This document shows positions 18,053-28,253 of a stretch of DNA of 45,958 bases, piece after piece (position 1 is the first letter of the stretch; every line of letters begins with the position of its first letter). Below the pieces are notes generated by a model. It was not told the origin of the DNA. It saw nothing but the letters and a program-made list of their open reading frames with translations, and searched no databases. The stretch is from Candidatus Eiseniibacteriota bacterium (lineage in GTDB: Bacteria; Eisenbacteria; RBG-16-71-46; DASYSL01), in the NCBI GenBank assembly GCA_031431875.1, contig JANPEF010000010.1, positions 1-45,958 on the forward strand, given 5' to 3'. The position numbers and the translations under genes are program-made.

Positions 18053-20440
18053 CTGACCCGAATCCCCCGACTTCGCCCGGTGCATGCCCTGTGCCTCGCC
18101 GCTCTCGCCCTCGGCCTGGTGTGCGCCCGGGACCACGGCCGGGTGGGCGCTCCCGACCCGGCGCAGTGGCCGGCCGCGCAGCTCGCAACTGGCGGCCGAA
18201 TCGACGGGGTGACGGTCGGGAGCGAGGCCGAGGCACGTTTCCGCGTCCAGGGGACGCGCCCGGGGGGCGTGGTCCGCGTCGAGACTGCGACCGGCTCGAC
18301 CGACGTGCGCGTCGTTCGCGCCTACACGCCGTTCCACCTGTTCGTCTCGTTCGCCACCGCCCTCCTGTTCTGGTCCGCGTGCTTCTTCATCTTCGCGTCG
18401 CGCTTCGAGAGCGAGCCGGCGCGGACCTTTCTGTGGGCCAGCCTGGGCTACGGGCTCGCGGTCGTTTCGGGCGCCGTGCACTTTCCGGGCGCCACGTCGC
18501 CGGCCGCGCTCGTGGCCCCGCTCATCCGGATGGCCTCGCTGGTCGCCACGCCGGTCCTCTTCCTGCGCATCGCCTTCCTGTTCCCGCGCCCGGATCCCCA
18601 CGTGCGCGGCGAGTCGCTCGTGTTCGCGATGGGCGCGCTCGCCGCGATCCTGTTCGCCCTCGAAGCCGGCGGCCTCGTGTTCTACGCGCAGCGGGGCGGA
18701 CCCGCGGCCTACGAACGCTTCATCATCGCGACGCGACTGGCCAGCGGCTTCCTTGCCCTGCTCGTCCTGTGCGGCTCGGGGTACCTGGCGAGCGCGACCC
18801 GGCGTGCCGTGCTCACGCGCGAACGCCAGCAAGTGAAGTGGGTCGCCTGGGGCAGCGTGGTCGGGGCGTTTCCGTTCGGCCTGCTCTACGCGTTGCCGGC
18901 GGCGCTCGGTCGCGCACCGCTGATTCCGCTCGAAATCGCACGCCTGTGCGCCGGCATCGTTCCCGTGTCGTACGCGATCGCGGTGGCGCGGCACCAGTTC
19001 ATGGACATCGACGTCATCATCCGCCGCTCGCTGCTCTACGGGTCGATGGCCGCCCTGCTCACCGTCACCTACCTCCTGCTCGCCGTTTTTCTCGGCGGCC
19101 CTTCGCCCGGGCCGCTGGCGGTGATCGACCTGCTGCGCATCGGCGCCGCCGGCGCCGCCGTGGCGCTGTTCACGCCGACGCGGCGCATCCTCGGGCAGTG
19201 GATCGATCGCGCGTTCTTCAAGCTGCGCACCGACCACCACGAGCGCGCGGCGCGCTTTCGCGCCGAGCTCCTCGATGTCGCCGATCCCGCCATGCTCGGG
19301 GCTCGCCTCGAGGCGTGCGTGCGCGCCGCCCTCGAGCCGACGCGCGTCCTCGTCGGGCTTGATGGTCCCGCCGGAGAGCCCCGGATGCGCGCGCTCGCGG
19401 GCGCGACGAGTCGACCCGAGGTGGAACTCGAACCCGGGCAATGGCCCGCGGTGGATCAGGCGGACGGGACCGTGCTCGTCCAGCCGCTGGCGGCCGGCGG
19501 CGCGCAGACGGGCACGCTTCGCCTGGGTCCGCGCGTCAGCGGTCGGCGTTACGTCGAGGAGGACCTCGCCTTCCTCGCGACCGTCGGCGAGGATGCCGGC
19601 CGGGCGCTCGACCGCCTGAACCTCGTGCGGCGGGCTGCGGAGGAGTCGTTGCGCCGGGCGGAGCGCGACGCGCTGGACCGGCAGAAGAACGAGTTCCTGT
19701 CGCAGGTCGCGCACGACCTGCGAACTCCGCTCACGTCGATCCTGTGGTCGGCGCAGAACGTGCTCGACGGCGTCGCGGGTCCCGTACCCGAGGCCGCCGC
19801 CGAGAACGTGCGAGTGATCCGCGGCGCCGCCAGCCACCTGGGTCGCCTGGTCAACAACCTGCTCGAGATCGCGCGCCTCGAGACCGATGCCGCGCCACCC
19901 GAGCTCGAACGCGTCGTGGCCGGACCGATCGTGACCGCGGCCCTGACCACGCTCGGCCCCATTGCCCGGGCATGGAACGTTGCGATCGTCGCCGACCTGC
20001 CCGGGGAGCTTTCGGCGCTGGCAGCCCGGCGCGAGGGGCTTGCCCGCATCGTCATCAACCTCACCGAGAACGCACTCAAGTATTCTCCGCCGGGCTCCGC
20101 GGTCACGGTCGCGCTTCGCCGCGTGCCGGGCGGACGCCAGGAATTGTCCGTGCGCGACCACGGCCCGGGCATTCCGCCCGAGGACCGCGAGTCGGTGTTC
20201 GAGCGCTTCCGCCGCGGACGTCGGACGTCCGCGCACGAGGCATCCGCGGCCGCGTCGGGCACCGAGGGCGCCGCCGGGCCAGGCCTCGGGCTCGGGCTCG
20301 CCGTCGTCCGCGCCTGGATGGACCGTTGTGGCGGCACGGTCGTGATCGAGGCGCCCTCGGATGGCGGGGCGCGATTCGTCTGTCAGTTCAACGAGTGGAC
20401 CCCCGCTCCCGAGGAGGAAGCCGCATGGCCCGCATCCTGA
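18053..20440 (+). CDS. Multi-TM sensor histidine kinase
   Basis: Multiple TM helices, MDIDVIIRRSLLY, H-box FLSQVAHDLRTPLT, NLTENALKYS, DHGPGI, GLGLGLA; start CTG 18053 (RBS GAGGAGG) or GTG 18080. Confidence 0.9.
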   Translation: MTRIPRLRPVHALCLAALALGLVCARDHGRVGAPDPAQWPAAQLATGGRIDGVTVGSEAEARFRVQGTRPGGVVRVETATGSTDVRVVRAYTPFHLFVSFATALLFWSACFFIFASRFESEPARTFLWASLGYGLAVVSGAVHFPGATSPAALVAPLIRMASLVATPVLFLRIAFLFPRPDPHVRGESLVFAMGALAAILFALEAGGLVFYAQRGGPAAYERFIIATRLASGFLALLVLCGSGYLASATRRAVLTRERQQVKWVAWGSVVGAFPFGLLYALPAALGRAPLIPLEIARLCAGIVPVSYAIAVARHQFMDIDVIIRRSLLYGSMAALLTVTYLLLAVFLGGPSPGPLAVIDLLRIGAAGAAVALFTPTRRILGQWIDRAFFKLRTDHHERAARFRAELLDVADPAMLGARLEACVRAALEPTRVLVGLDGPAGEPRMRALAGATSRPEVELEPGQWPAVDQADGTVLVQPLAAGGAQTGTLRLGPRVSGRRYVEEDLAFLATVGEDAGRALDRLNLVRRAAEESLRRAERDALDRQKNEFLSQVAHDLRTPLTSILWSAQNVLDGVAGPVPEAAAENVRVIRGAASHLGRLVNNLLEIARLETDAAPPELERVVAGPIVTAALTTLGPIARAWNVAIVADLPGELSALAARREGLARIVINLTENALKYSPPGSAVTVALRRVPGGRQELSVRDHGPGIPPEDRESVFERFRRGRRTSAHEASAAASGTEGAAGPGLGLGLAVVRAWMDRCGGTVVIEAPSDGGARFVCQFNEWTPAPEEEAAWPAS

Positions 20441-21843
20441 TCGTCGACGACGACCCGGCGCTCCGCCGCGCCCTGGCCGAGCGCCTGCGCTTCTGGGAGC
20501 ACGATGTCGAGGAAGCCGCGGGCGTGCGGGCCGGCGGCGAGGCGGTGCGCGCCCGCCGCTTCGACCTGCTGCTGCTCGACCTCGAACTGCCCGACGGCTC
20601 GGGGCTCGACCTGCTGCGCGGCCTGCGCGGCGACGAGGAGACGCTGGCGAGCGCGCCCGACGTCATCGTCCTCACGGCGCACGGCTCGATCGAGTCGGCG
20701 GTCGAGGCGATCCGCGCGGGCGCGACCGACTTCCTGCTCAAGCCGGCCGACTTCGACCTGCTGCGCGCGGTGCTCGACCGCACGATCGAGAAGCGCCGCC
20801 TCACCTCCGTCCACCGCGCCCGCGTCGAGCGCGACGAGGACGACGACGGCGATCTCGTCGTCGCCTCGCCGCGCATGAACGCGGTGCTCGCGACCGCGGC
20901 CCAGGCGGCCCGCTCGAAGGCCCTGATTCTGCTCACCGGCGAGAGCGGCACGGGCAAGCAGAAGGTCGCCGAGTACGTGCACCGCAAGAGCGACCGCGCC
21001 GACGGCCCGTTCGTCTACGTGAACTGCGTCGCGGTGAACGACGAGATGATCGAGTCGACGCTGTTCGGCCACGAGAAGGGTGCGTTCACGGGCGCGATCT
21101 CGCGGCGCATCGGCCGGCTCGAGACCGCCCACGGCGGCACGGCGTTCCTCGACGAGATCGGCGATATCAGCGCGAAGATGCAGGCCAAGCTGCTGCACTT
21201 CCTCGAGACGGGCGAGTTCGAGCGCCTGGGCGGGACGCGCACCCTGCGGGTCGACTGCCGGATCGTCGCGGCGACGCACCGCGACCTGCCGGCTGAAATC
21301 CGCGCGGGACGGTTCCGCGAGGACCTGTACTTCCGGCTCAACGTGATCGGGATCCACCTGCCCCCACTGCGCGAGCGGCGCGAGGACATCGCTGCCCTGG
21401 CCGACCGCTTCGTCGCCCGTTACGCCCGCGACGCGAAGCGCACGGGGATGGTGCTCGATCCGGTGACGCGCGCGCGCCTCGAGTCCCACGACTGGCCCGG
21501 CAACGTGCGCCAGCTCAAGAACGCGATCGAGCGCATGGTCGTTCTCGCGCCCGACGAGTGGCTCACTCCCGACCTGCTGCCCGTCGAAATATCGGGCGAC
21601 GCGCCCGGCGCACCTGGATCCCCCCCGGAATCCGGCACCGAAGCCACGCCGCCCGAATTCGACCTGCGCGCCGCCGTCGAGGTGTTTCGCCGCGACCACA
21701 TCGCCGCAGCGCTCGCCCGCACCGGCGGCAACCGCACCCGTGCGGCTGCGCTGCTCGGTATCCAGCGCACGCACCTGAGCCTGCTGCTGCGCCAGTCCGG
21801 TTCGGCGGCCCCGGACATCGAGGCCGCCGAACCCGAGGCCTGA
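20425..21843 (+). CDS. Sigma54-dependent response regulator (NtrC/AtoC-type bEBP)
   Basis: Receiver domain (ILIVDDD, LLDLELPD), GESGTGK, GHEKGAFTGA, FREDLYFRLNV, WPGNVRQL, Fis-type HTH. Confidence 0.95.
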   Translation: MARILIVDDDPALRRALAERLRFWEHDVEEAAGVRAGGEAVRARRFDLLLLDLELPDGSGLDLLRGLRGDEETLASAPDVIVLTAHGSIESAVEAIRAGATDFLLKPADFDLLRAVLDRTIEKRRLTSVHRARVERDEDDDGDLVVASPRMNAVLATAAQAARSKALILLTGESGTGKQKVAEYVHRKSDRADGPFVYVNCVAVNDEMIESTLFGHEKGAFTGAISRRIGRLETAHGGTAFLDEIGDISAKMQAKLLHFLETGEFERLGGTRTLRVDCRIVAATHRDLPAEIRAGRFREDLYFRLNVIGIHLPPLRERREDIAALADRFVARYARDAKRTGMVLDPVTRARLESHDWPGNVRQLKNAIERMVVLAPDEWLTPDLLPVEISGDAPGAPGSPPESGTEATPPEFDLRAAVEVFRRDHIAAALARTGGNRTRAAALLGIQRTHLSLLLRQSGSAAPDIEAAEPEA

Positions 21844-21852
21844 TCGCGACCG

Positions 21853-23193
21853 CTACTGGCAGCGCGTGTGCACGTCGTAGCGCTTCGCGCCGTTGCTGCC
21901 CACGCGCAGCTGGATGGTGGCGATTTCCGTGCCGCCCGCGCCCGGGATGAGGCGCCGCGAGAGCGCCGTCACGTCGCTGCCGCCGGCCGAGACCGCGCCC
22001 TTCTGCTGCTCACCGACCATCGCCTCGAACGACGCCCCAGCCGGGATCGGCGGACTCTGCGTCACGTCGACCGGCGTCGCAGTCAGGCGTCCCGAGTACT
22101 TCGAGTCGAACCGATAGCCACCACGGTCGTCGACGACGGCGGTCTTCTCGAAGCGCACCGGCCCCGCCACGTGGATCCAATCGGTCGGTCCGTCGGCACA
22201 GAACGGTCGCGGCACGACCTGGTCGTACGTGATGGTGAAGCTCTGGCTGCGGTTGCCCGCGCGCGGCGCACGACCGGCGAGGTGCAGCACGGTGGCGCGC
22301 CCGTCCGTCGGGATGCCCACGCCCGCGGAAGCCGGCTGCGGCGGGCCCCCGACGAGCCCGACCAGCTCGGCGGGCAGCGCGTTGTAGATGAACGGCGGAA
22401 TCTCGCGGAACGTCGGGGCGTCGTGCAGCATCCCGGTCTGCGACAGCGGCGTCGCGGAATCGAGCAACCCGCTGCGCACGAGGTCGGCGATGACCACCTG
22501 CTCGGCCAGCTCCCAGCTCAGAACCTGGTGATCGGCCGTGCCCGGAATCATCACCTCGAAGTGCGCCGCGCCCACCGTCCAGGTGCCCCCGCCGCCGGAC
22601 GGCGCACCGGTGCGAAAGAGGCGCAGGTGCACACGCAGCGGTTCGTAGTCGCCAAGCTGCAACTGGATCGCACTGCCGGTCCAGCCTTCGCCTTCGACCC
22701 AGTTCGTCTGCGCGTCGCCGATCGCATCCGACCACTTCGCGTCGAACGGAGGCACGGGCGGGAAGCCGGCCGCGCTGCGGTTGCCATCCAGGGACAGGAG
22801 CGCATCGCGGATCGCGACCGGGTCGGCGTTGCCGACGAACAGGAGGTTCACGGGGTCCGACGGCGTTCCGTCGAACGACGTGCCCGTGTAGGGCCACAGC
22901 TGCAGCGTCGACACGCCGAACGTGACCGCCGCGACTTCGGCGGGCGGATCGAGACCGTCCCCGCCCGCAACGGCGGGTGCGGATCCGGCGCCGACGCCCG
23001 GCGCCAGGTTCGAGCGCTCGAGGCCGGTGGTGCTGGGAGAGAGAACCTGGTCGAGGCTGTTCGTGCCCCGGCCGCAACCGGTGAAGGCACAGACCACGGC
23101 GAGCGAGAACAGCAGCGGAATGACGAACCCCGGCGCCGGGCGGCGCGAGCGCGGCGCGACGGGCGGAGTGGACGGACGGCGGAGGAATCTCAT
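21853..23193 (-). CDS. Putative lipoprotein with LssY C-terminal-like segment
   Basis: Lipobox-like FTG-C; SDPVNLLFVG, RVHLRLF, GAAHFE. Confidence 0.65.
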   Translation of the reverse strand: MRFLRRPSTPPVAPRSRRPAPGFVIPLLFSLAVVCAFTGCGRGTNSLDQVLSPSTTGLERSNLAPGVGAGSAPAVAGGDGLDPPAEVAAVTFGVSTLQLWPYTGTSFDGTPSDPVNLLFVGNADPVAIRDALLSLDGNRSAAGFPPVPPFDAKWSDAIGDAQTNWVEGEGWTGSAIQLQLGDYEPLRVHLRLFRTGAPSGGGGTWTVGAAHFEVMIPGTADHQVLSWELAEQVVIADLVRSGLLDSATPLSQTGMLHDAPTFREIPPFIYNALPAELVGLVGGPPQPASAGVGIPTDGRATVLHLAGRAPRAGNRSQSFTITYDQVVPRPFCADGPTDWIHVAGPVRFEKTAVVDDRGGYRFDSKYSGRLTATPVDVTQSPPIPAGASFEAMVGEQQKGAVSAGGSDVTALSRRLIPGAGGTEIATIQLRVGSNGAKRYDVHTRCQ

Positions 23194-23281
23194 GGGAACG
23201 GCCTCGCGAACGGAGTGGAGGAGCACGGCCCGGCGGTCCGGGCGGACGCGATCAAGATCGATCGCGGCGATGCTCACTCAA

Positions 23282-23297
23282 ACCACGCTTCGTGCCA
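23282..23297 (-). promoter_or_regulatory. Sigma54-like promoter (degenerate -12) for the lipoprotein gene
   Basis: TGGCAC-GAAGC-GTGGT; IHF-like CAAGCACTTG at 23337-23346. Confidence 0.5.
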
Positions 23298-23417
23298 CTC
23301 CCTGGTCGCCCGCGACCGCATCGAGACTGCCGCGGGCAAGCACTTGTGCGGCATCCGGTTCGCCGATCATCCCGGGGCGTGCCGCGCGCCCCGCCCGGGA
23401 CGGGGCGAAGGCTTCGC

Positions 23418-23467
23418 CGTCGGATCGACCCGACGTTCGGGGAGGGGTTCGTCCGAAATCGCCGACG
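23418..23467. promoter_or_regulatory. Tandem palindromic enhancer-like sites
   Basis: CGTCGG-N6-CCGACG (23418-23435) and CGTCCG-N6-CCGACG (23450-23467), 32 bp apart. Confidence 0.5.
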
Positions 23468-23543
23468 GCCCGGGAGCCGAAGCCCCCGGGCCGTCGAGAA
23501 AGTCCTCCACCGCGGAACGATCAGCGCTGCCGCGTTCCCGCCC

Positions 23544-24347
23544 CTACCGCCGCGTGTTGCGCCCGACCGCGTCATCCGGCTGCGCAAGCCTGACCACGCG
23601 CTGCTGGGAAACGCCGATCGCGCGGCCACCTGCATCATAGGCGATGACCTGCCACCGATAGGGAACCCCGGGCAATACGGACGCTTCGAGTTCCCGGACC
23701 GGCTCCATCGCCTCGTCGTAGTAGACGAGCATGCCCAGTTCTTTCGTCGAGGCGTTGAGTGCCTCCAGCAAATAATTCTTCGCCCCGGGGAGCGGTGTCC
23801 AGTGGAACTCCAGCGCCACCATCGTGGAGTCATTGTCAGGTGAGACCAACGAGATCGAATCGCGGCGAGCGAGCGTCACTGCATCGGCAGCAAAGACTGT
23901 GCGGACCGGCGTGACCGACGCGGCGCTCGACTCGATGCCTCCGCGGGCCCCGCGCGCCATCAGGCTCATCGACGTCGTCGTCGGATCGTAGCCGTCGAGC
24001 GAGGACTCGAAGCGGCTCCACCCTGAATCGAACGTGGTGTTCGCCGGGATCGGCGCCTCGGTCGCGGGGCGGAAGCCCTCGTCGTTCGGGCTGACATAGA
24101 AACGAAACCCGTCGGACGGCGGCGGCGCAACGACGAGCATCTTGACGAACACCTGCACCGTGTCCGCGTCGAGCGGCTGCACGTCGGTGAGAAGGATCGC
24201 CCCGGTGGCCTGCCCCTCCGGCACGTAGCCGGTCGGGTTTCCCGAGTTGTCGCCACAGCCGAGCGCGAAGACCGCGAGCCCCGCCGCCGTTGCGGCGAGC
24301 AGCGCGGCGGCCCCGCGCACCGATCGTCCCTGCATCCGCTTCGTCAT
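23544..24347 (-). CDS. Hypothetical lipoprotein, C-terminal Fn3-like
   Basis: Lipobox ALG-C; FHWTPLPGAKNYLL and YRWQVIAYD; directly downstream of secF. Confidence 0.7.
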   Translation of the reverse strand: MTKRMQGRSVRGAAALLAATAAGLAVFALGCGDNSGNPTGYVPEGQATGAILLTDVQPLDADTVQVFVKMLVVAPPPSDGFRFYVSPNDEGFRPATEAPIPANTTFDSGWSRFESSLDGYDPTTTSMSLMARGARGGIESSAASVTPVRTVFAADAVTLARRDSISLVSPDNDSTMVALEFHWTPLPGAKNYLLEALNASTKELGMLVYYDEAMEPVRELEASVLPGVPYRWQVIAYDAGGRAIGVSQQRVVRLAQPDDAVGRNTRR

Positions 24348-24378
24348 GAAGTGCGTCTCCCTCGTTCCCTGCGGCGGC

Positions 24379-25335
24379 TCAGGCCGCCTTGGACTTCCGT
24401 GCGGCATTCTTGCGGTTGTCGAGCCAGATCCAGATGTCGAGCGCCAGGGCGCTGGCGACATAGATCGAGGAGTAAGTGCCGAAGATCACGCCGGCCAGCA
24501 TGCACAACGCGAAGTCGTTGATCACCTCGCCGCCCCACACGTAGAGGGCGAGCGTGGCAAGGAACACGGTCATCGAGGTGATGAGCGTCCGCGACAGCGT
24601 CTCGTTCATCGCCGTGTTCATCAGGTCCTCGTGCGACAGCTTGTGCAGGGTCTTCCCCCGCTCGCGGATGCGGTCGAAGACGACGATCGTGTCGTTCACG
24701 GAATAGCCTGCCAGCGTCAGGAGGGCGGCGACGACGGTGAGCGAGATTTCGCGCTGCATGAACATCAGCACGCCGAAGGCGGCGAACACATCATGGAAGA
24801 TGGCGATGATCGCGCCGACGGCGAACTTGAACTCGTAGCGCAGCCCGACGTACAGCAGGATACCCATGATGGAGAGGATCACCGCCCAGAAGGCCTTGTC
24901 GCGCAACTCGGCGCCGATGCGCGGTCCGACCGTCTCCGCGCGCCGCAGTTCGGGACTGGAGTCGGGAAAGCGCGCCAGCAGGGCCTGGGCGATCTGCGGA
25001 AACGGATCGACCTTCTGGACCGGAAGGCGAATGAGCAGCTCGTCGCCCGCGCCGGCCGCCTGGAGTTCGGCACCGCGGAAGCCGACCTCGTCGAGCACCT
25101 TCCGGACCTCGTCGGTCGGCAGGACCCGCGCCGTCTGGATCTGCATCAGCGTGCCGCCCGTGAAGTCGACGGAGTACCGCGGTCCCTTGACGATGAGCCA
25201 GCCGATGGTCGCCACGATGAGGAGCGCCGAGACCATGTAGGCGTACTTTCGGTACTTCATGAACGGAATGTTGGGATTGGTCGGCAGAAGCGAGAAGAAC
25301 TTGTGCTGGGTCTGGGTCTGCGTCTTGTCGGCCAT
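24379..25335 (-). CDS. secF: Protein translocase subunit SecF
   Basis: VDFTGG, VGPRIGAEL, GYSVNDTIVVFDRIRE, TLSRTLITS, GTYSSIYVAS. Confidence 0.97.
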   Translation of the reverse strand: MADKTQTQTQHKFFSLLPTNPNIPFMKYRKYAYMVSALLIVATIGWLIVKGPRYSVDFTGGTLMQIQTARVLPTDEVRKVLDEVGFRGAELQAAGAGDELLIRLPVQKVDPFPQIAQALLARFPDSSPELRRAETVGPRIGAELRDKAFWAVILSIMGILLYVGLRYEFKFAVGAIIAIFHDVFAAFGVLMFMQREISLTVVAALLTLAGYSVNDTIVVFDRIRERGKTLHKLSHEDLMNTAMNETLSRTLITSMTVFLATLALYVWGGEVINDFALCMLAGVIFGTYSSIYVASALALDIWIWLDNRKNAARKSKAA

Positions 25336-25359
25336 GTCGTTTCCTCCCGGCTCGGCGGC

Positions 25360-26925
25360 CTAGATGCTGAGCCGGGTCAGGGACCGGCGATGCGTGATCA
25401 GGTCGAAGATCATCCGCGTGAAGAACACCGCGGTGAACATGTTCGCGATCAAGCCGATGGACAGGGTGATGGCGAAGCCCTTGATCGGCCCCGTCCCGAA
25501 CTGGAACAGGAAGGCCGAGGAAATCAGCGTCGTCACGTGCGCGTCGAGAATCGTGCGGAACGCCCGGTCGTAACCGACCTCGATGGCGGTCCGGACGGTC
25601 TTCCCGTTGCGCAGCTCTTCGCGAATGCGCTCGAAGATGAGGACGTTCGTGTCGACCGCCATGCCGATCGTCAGCACGATTCCGGCGATGCCGGGCAGCG
25701 TGAGCGTGGCCCCCAGACTGGCGAGACCCGCGAAGAGAAACAGGATGTTGAGCAGCAGCGCCGCGATCGCGATCAGTCCCGATCCCTGGTAGTAGACGAT
25801 GACGAAGGCGATCACGAGCAGCGTGCCGATGACGGCCGCCTTGAAGCCGGCGTCGATCGAGTCCTGCCCCAGCGACGGCCCGACCGAGCGCTCCTCGCCG
25901 ATCGACACCGGCGCGGGCAACGCACCGGCCTTGAGCACGATCTCGAGGTCCTTCGCATCCTTCGCATCGAACGAGCCCGAGATCCGCGCCTCGCCGCCCG
26001 GGATCCGCTCATCGATGCGCGGGGCCGAGCGGACGGTGTTGTCGAGCACGATGGCGAGCTGGCGGTTGACGTTCGCCGCGGTGACCCGCGCGAAGTCCGA
26101 CGCCCCCTTGCCGGCCAGCCGCATGTTCACCATCCAGCCGCCGGGGTTCTGGTCGTCAGGGTTGGCGATCGCGTTGGAGACCGAGCCGCCGGTCATCTCG
26201 GCCTCGCGCTTGACCGCGTACAGCCAGCGGCCGGTGCGGCCGGCATAGCCCTCCTCCGAACCCCACAGGAGCTGGGTGTCGCGCGACAGCGCCGAATCCG
26301 GGCCGACCGCGGCGAGCAGCTCGTTCGCCCGCGGAACGTCGGCCACGCCGATGAACGCCCCCCCGGCCTGGAAATCGAGGAACAGCGACGACATCGCGCG
26401 GTTGACCAGCGCGGTGTCCACCTGCACCTGGCCCGCCCGTGCCTTGGCCGCGAGCACGGCGTCGAGGCGGGTGAACAGGGCGGCAGCTTCGTCCTGGTTG
26501 CGCACCAGCTTGAACTCGAGGAGCGCGGTCTGGCCGATCAGGTCCTTCGCCCGCTCGCGATCCGACAGGCCCGGGAGCTGGACGACGATGCGATCCTCGC
26601 CCTGCTTCTGGATGATGGGCTCGGCCACGCCGAACTGGTCGATGCGGTTGCGGATGACCTCGATGGCGCGGTCGACGGCCCCCGCCGCCTCTTCGGGCGG
26701 AAGCTTGGAGCGGTCGACCTCGAGCACGAGGTGCATGCCCCCCTGGAGGTCGAGCCCGAGCGGGATCGACTTGTCCCGCAGCTTCGCGGTGGGTGTGTCC
26801 TTGGGCGCACCGATGCGCTCTTCGCGCGGGAGCTGGTAGAACTGGAACGAGGGCCAGAGCGTCCACAGCGACAGCAGGACGGCCCCGACCACGAGGAGTG
26901 ACTTCCAGAGATCGTTACGCGGCAT
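25360..26925 (-). CDS. secD: Protein translocase subunit SecD
   Basis: LGLDLQGG, RIDQFGVAEP, VGPSLGQDSI, GMAVDTNVLIFERIREE, GTGPIKGFA. Confidence 0.97.
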   Translation of the reverse strand: MPRNDLWKSLLVVGAVLLSLWTLWPSFQFYQLPREERIGAPKDTPTAKLRDKSIPLGLDLQGGMHLVLEVDRSKLPPEEAAGAVDRAIEVIRNRIDQFGVAEPIIQKQGEDRIVVQLPGLSDRERAKDLIGQTALLEFKLVRNQDEAAALFTRLDAVLAAKARAGQVQVDTALVNRAMSSLFLDFQAGGAFIGVADVPRANELLAAVGPDSALSRDTQLLWGSEEGYAGRTGRWLYAVKREAEMTGGSVSNAIANPDDQNPGGWMVNMRLAGKGASDFARVTAANVNRQLAIVLDNTVRSAPRIDERIPGGEARISGSFDAKDAKDLEIVLKAGALPAPVSIGEERSVGPSLGQDSIDAGFKAAVIGTLLVIAFVIVYYQGSGLIAIAALLLNILFLFAGLASLGATLTLPGIAGIVLTIGMAVDTNVLIFERIREELRNGKTVRTAIEVGYDRAFRTILDAHVTTLISSAFLFQFGTGPIKGFAITLSIGLIANMFTAVFFTRMIFDLITHRRSLTRLSI

Positions 26926-27053
26926 CGGAGTACCCGGGACGACGGGGAGAGGACCGGCGACAGTTCAGCCGGAAGACACGCGCGCCGGACCCCGCCCCCG
27001 GATGCGGCAAAGGGCGCGAAGCCCGGCGCGCGAAACCAAAAGACCGACACGGG

Positions 27054-27083
27054 AGGATATCCACCCCGGGGGCCGGATGTCAA
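27054..27083 (-). promoter_or_regulatory. Putative sigma70 promoter of secDF
   Basis: TTGACA-18 bp-TATCCT. Confidence 0.5.
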
Positions 27084-27241
27084 CGAGCGGTTCGGCCACG
27101 ACTTACGGGCGCGCGCGCCCCGCTTGCCCGGCTCCTGCGGTGGGCGTAGCATCGGAGCGGCCCTGCCTCCCCCGGCGAGCCATCTGGAGGGAACCCCCCG
27201 CTCCCGGCACCCAATCCCGGAATCCTGAGGAGGGCCGCAGC

Positions 27242-28240
27242 TTGAACATCCGCCTTCGCACCCCGCTCGTTCTGGCCCTGACCGTCGCCAACCTCGCCTC
27301 CGCCGGATCTGCCGCGGCAAGTTTCCACTTCATGCAGGTCGAGCAGATCATCGCCGGCGTCGACGGCTCGACGGCCCCGCAGGCCGTCCAGGTCCGGATG
27401 CGCTCCGGCAACCAGAACCTGGTGTCGGCAGCCCGGCTGGTCGCGCACGATGCGGCCGGGGCAAACCCCATCGTCCTGCACACGATCCCGACCAACGTCT
27501 CCGGCTCGGCCGCCGGGTCGCGGGTGCTGCTGGCCACCGCCGGCTTCGCGAGCGCGACCAATCCCTCCATCACGCCCGACTTCACCCTCGTCACGCCAAT
27601 TCCGGACACCTACATCGCGGCGGGATCGCTGACGTTCGAGAGCGACGGCGGGTTGATCTACTGGCGCGTGAGCTGGGGCGGCGCGGCCTACACCGGTGCG
27701 ACGACCGGTTCGACGACGAACGATGCCGACGGCAACTTCGGGCCGGCGTTCGGCGATCCCCTGCCGACCGATGCGGGCCAGGCGATGCGCTTCCTGGGTG
27801 CCGCCTCGGCGCTGAGCACCAACAACGCCGCCGACTACGCCTTGTCGGCCGGCCCGGCCGTGTTCACCAACAACGCGGGTGCCAGCGGCACGGTGGTGAG
27901 CCTGGTCGGCGTGCCGGACAGCCCGGCCGGCGGACTGGCGCTGTCGACGCCGATGCCGAACCCCGTTCGCGGCTCGATGACCTATGGAGTGACACTGCCT
28001 CGCGCTTCGCGCGTACAGGTCAACATCTTCGATCTCGCCGGGCGGCGGGTGCGGGTGCTCGCGGACCGCGACCTGCCGGCGGGACGCAACAGCCTGACGT
28101 GGGATCCCGCGGCGAGCGAGGCGGGAGTGCTCCCGGGCGGCGTCTACTTCCTGCGGGTGCGGGCCGGTGGCGAGCAGCGCACGACGCGCTTCGTCCTGCT
28201 CGGACGAGGCGCGCCGATGGTGCATCCCGACGACGACTAG
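27242..28240 (+). CDS. Secreted protein with C-terminal FlgD-Ig/T9SS-CTD-like domain
   Basis: TTG start, GAGGAGG RBS, signal peptide; PNPVRG...IFDLAGRRVRVL...WD...GVYFLRV. Confidence 0.85.
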   Translation: MNIRLRTPLVLALTVANLASAGSAAASFHFMQVEQIIAGVDGSTAPQAVQVRMRSGNQNLVSAARLVAHDAAGANPIVLHTIPTNVSGSAAGSRVLLATAGFASATNPSITPDFTLVTPIPDTYIAAGSLTFESDGGLIYWRVSWGGAAYTGATTGSTTNDADGNFGPAFGDPLPTDAGQAMRFLGAASALSTNNAADYALSAGPAVFTNNAGASGTVVSLVGVPDSPAGGLALSTPMPNPVRGSMTYGVTLPRASRVQVNIFDLAGRRVRVLADRDLPAGRNSLTWDPAASEAGVLPGGVYFLRVRAGGEQRTTRFVLLGRGAPMVHPDDD

Positions 28241-28253
28241 GGTCCCGCGCTCG

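Noticed and set aside
13792..19362. 1856-aa plus-strand ORF
   Set aside because: Antisense to DUF4175/DUF4159 and off-frame to the kinase; a stop-poor shadow frame typical of high GC.
24247..26901. 884-aa plus-strand ORF
   Set aside because: Antisense shadow of secDF.
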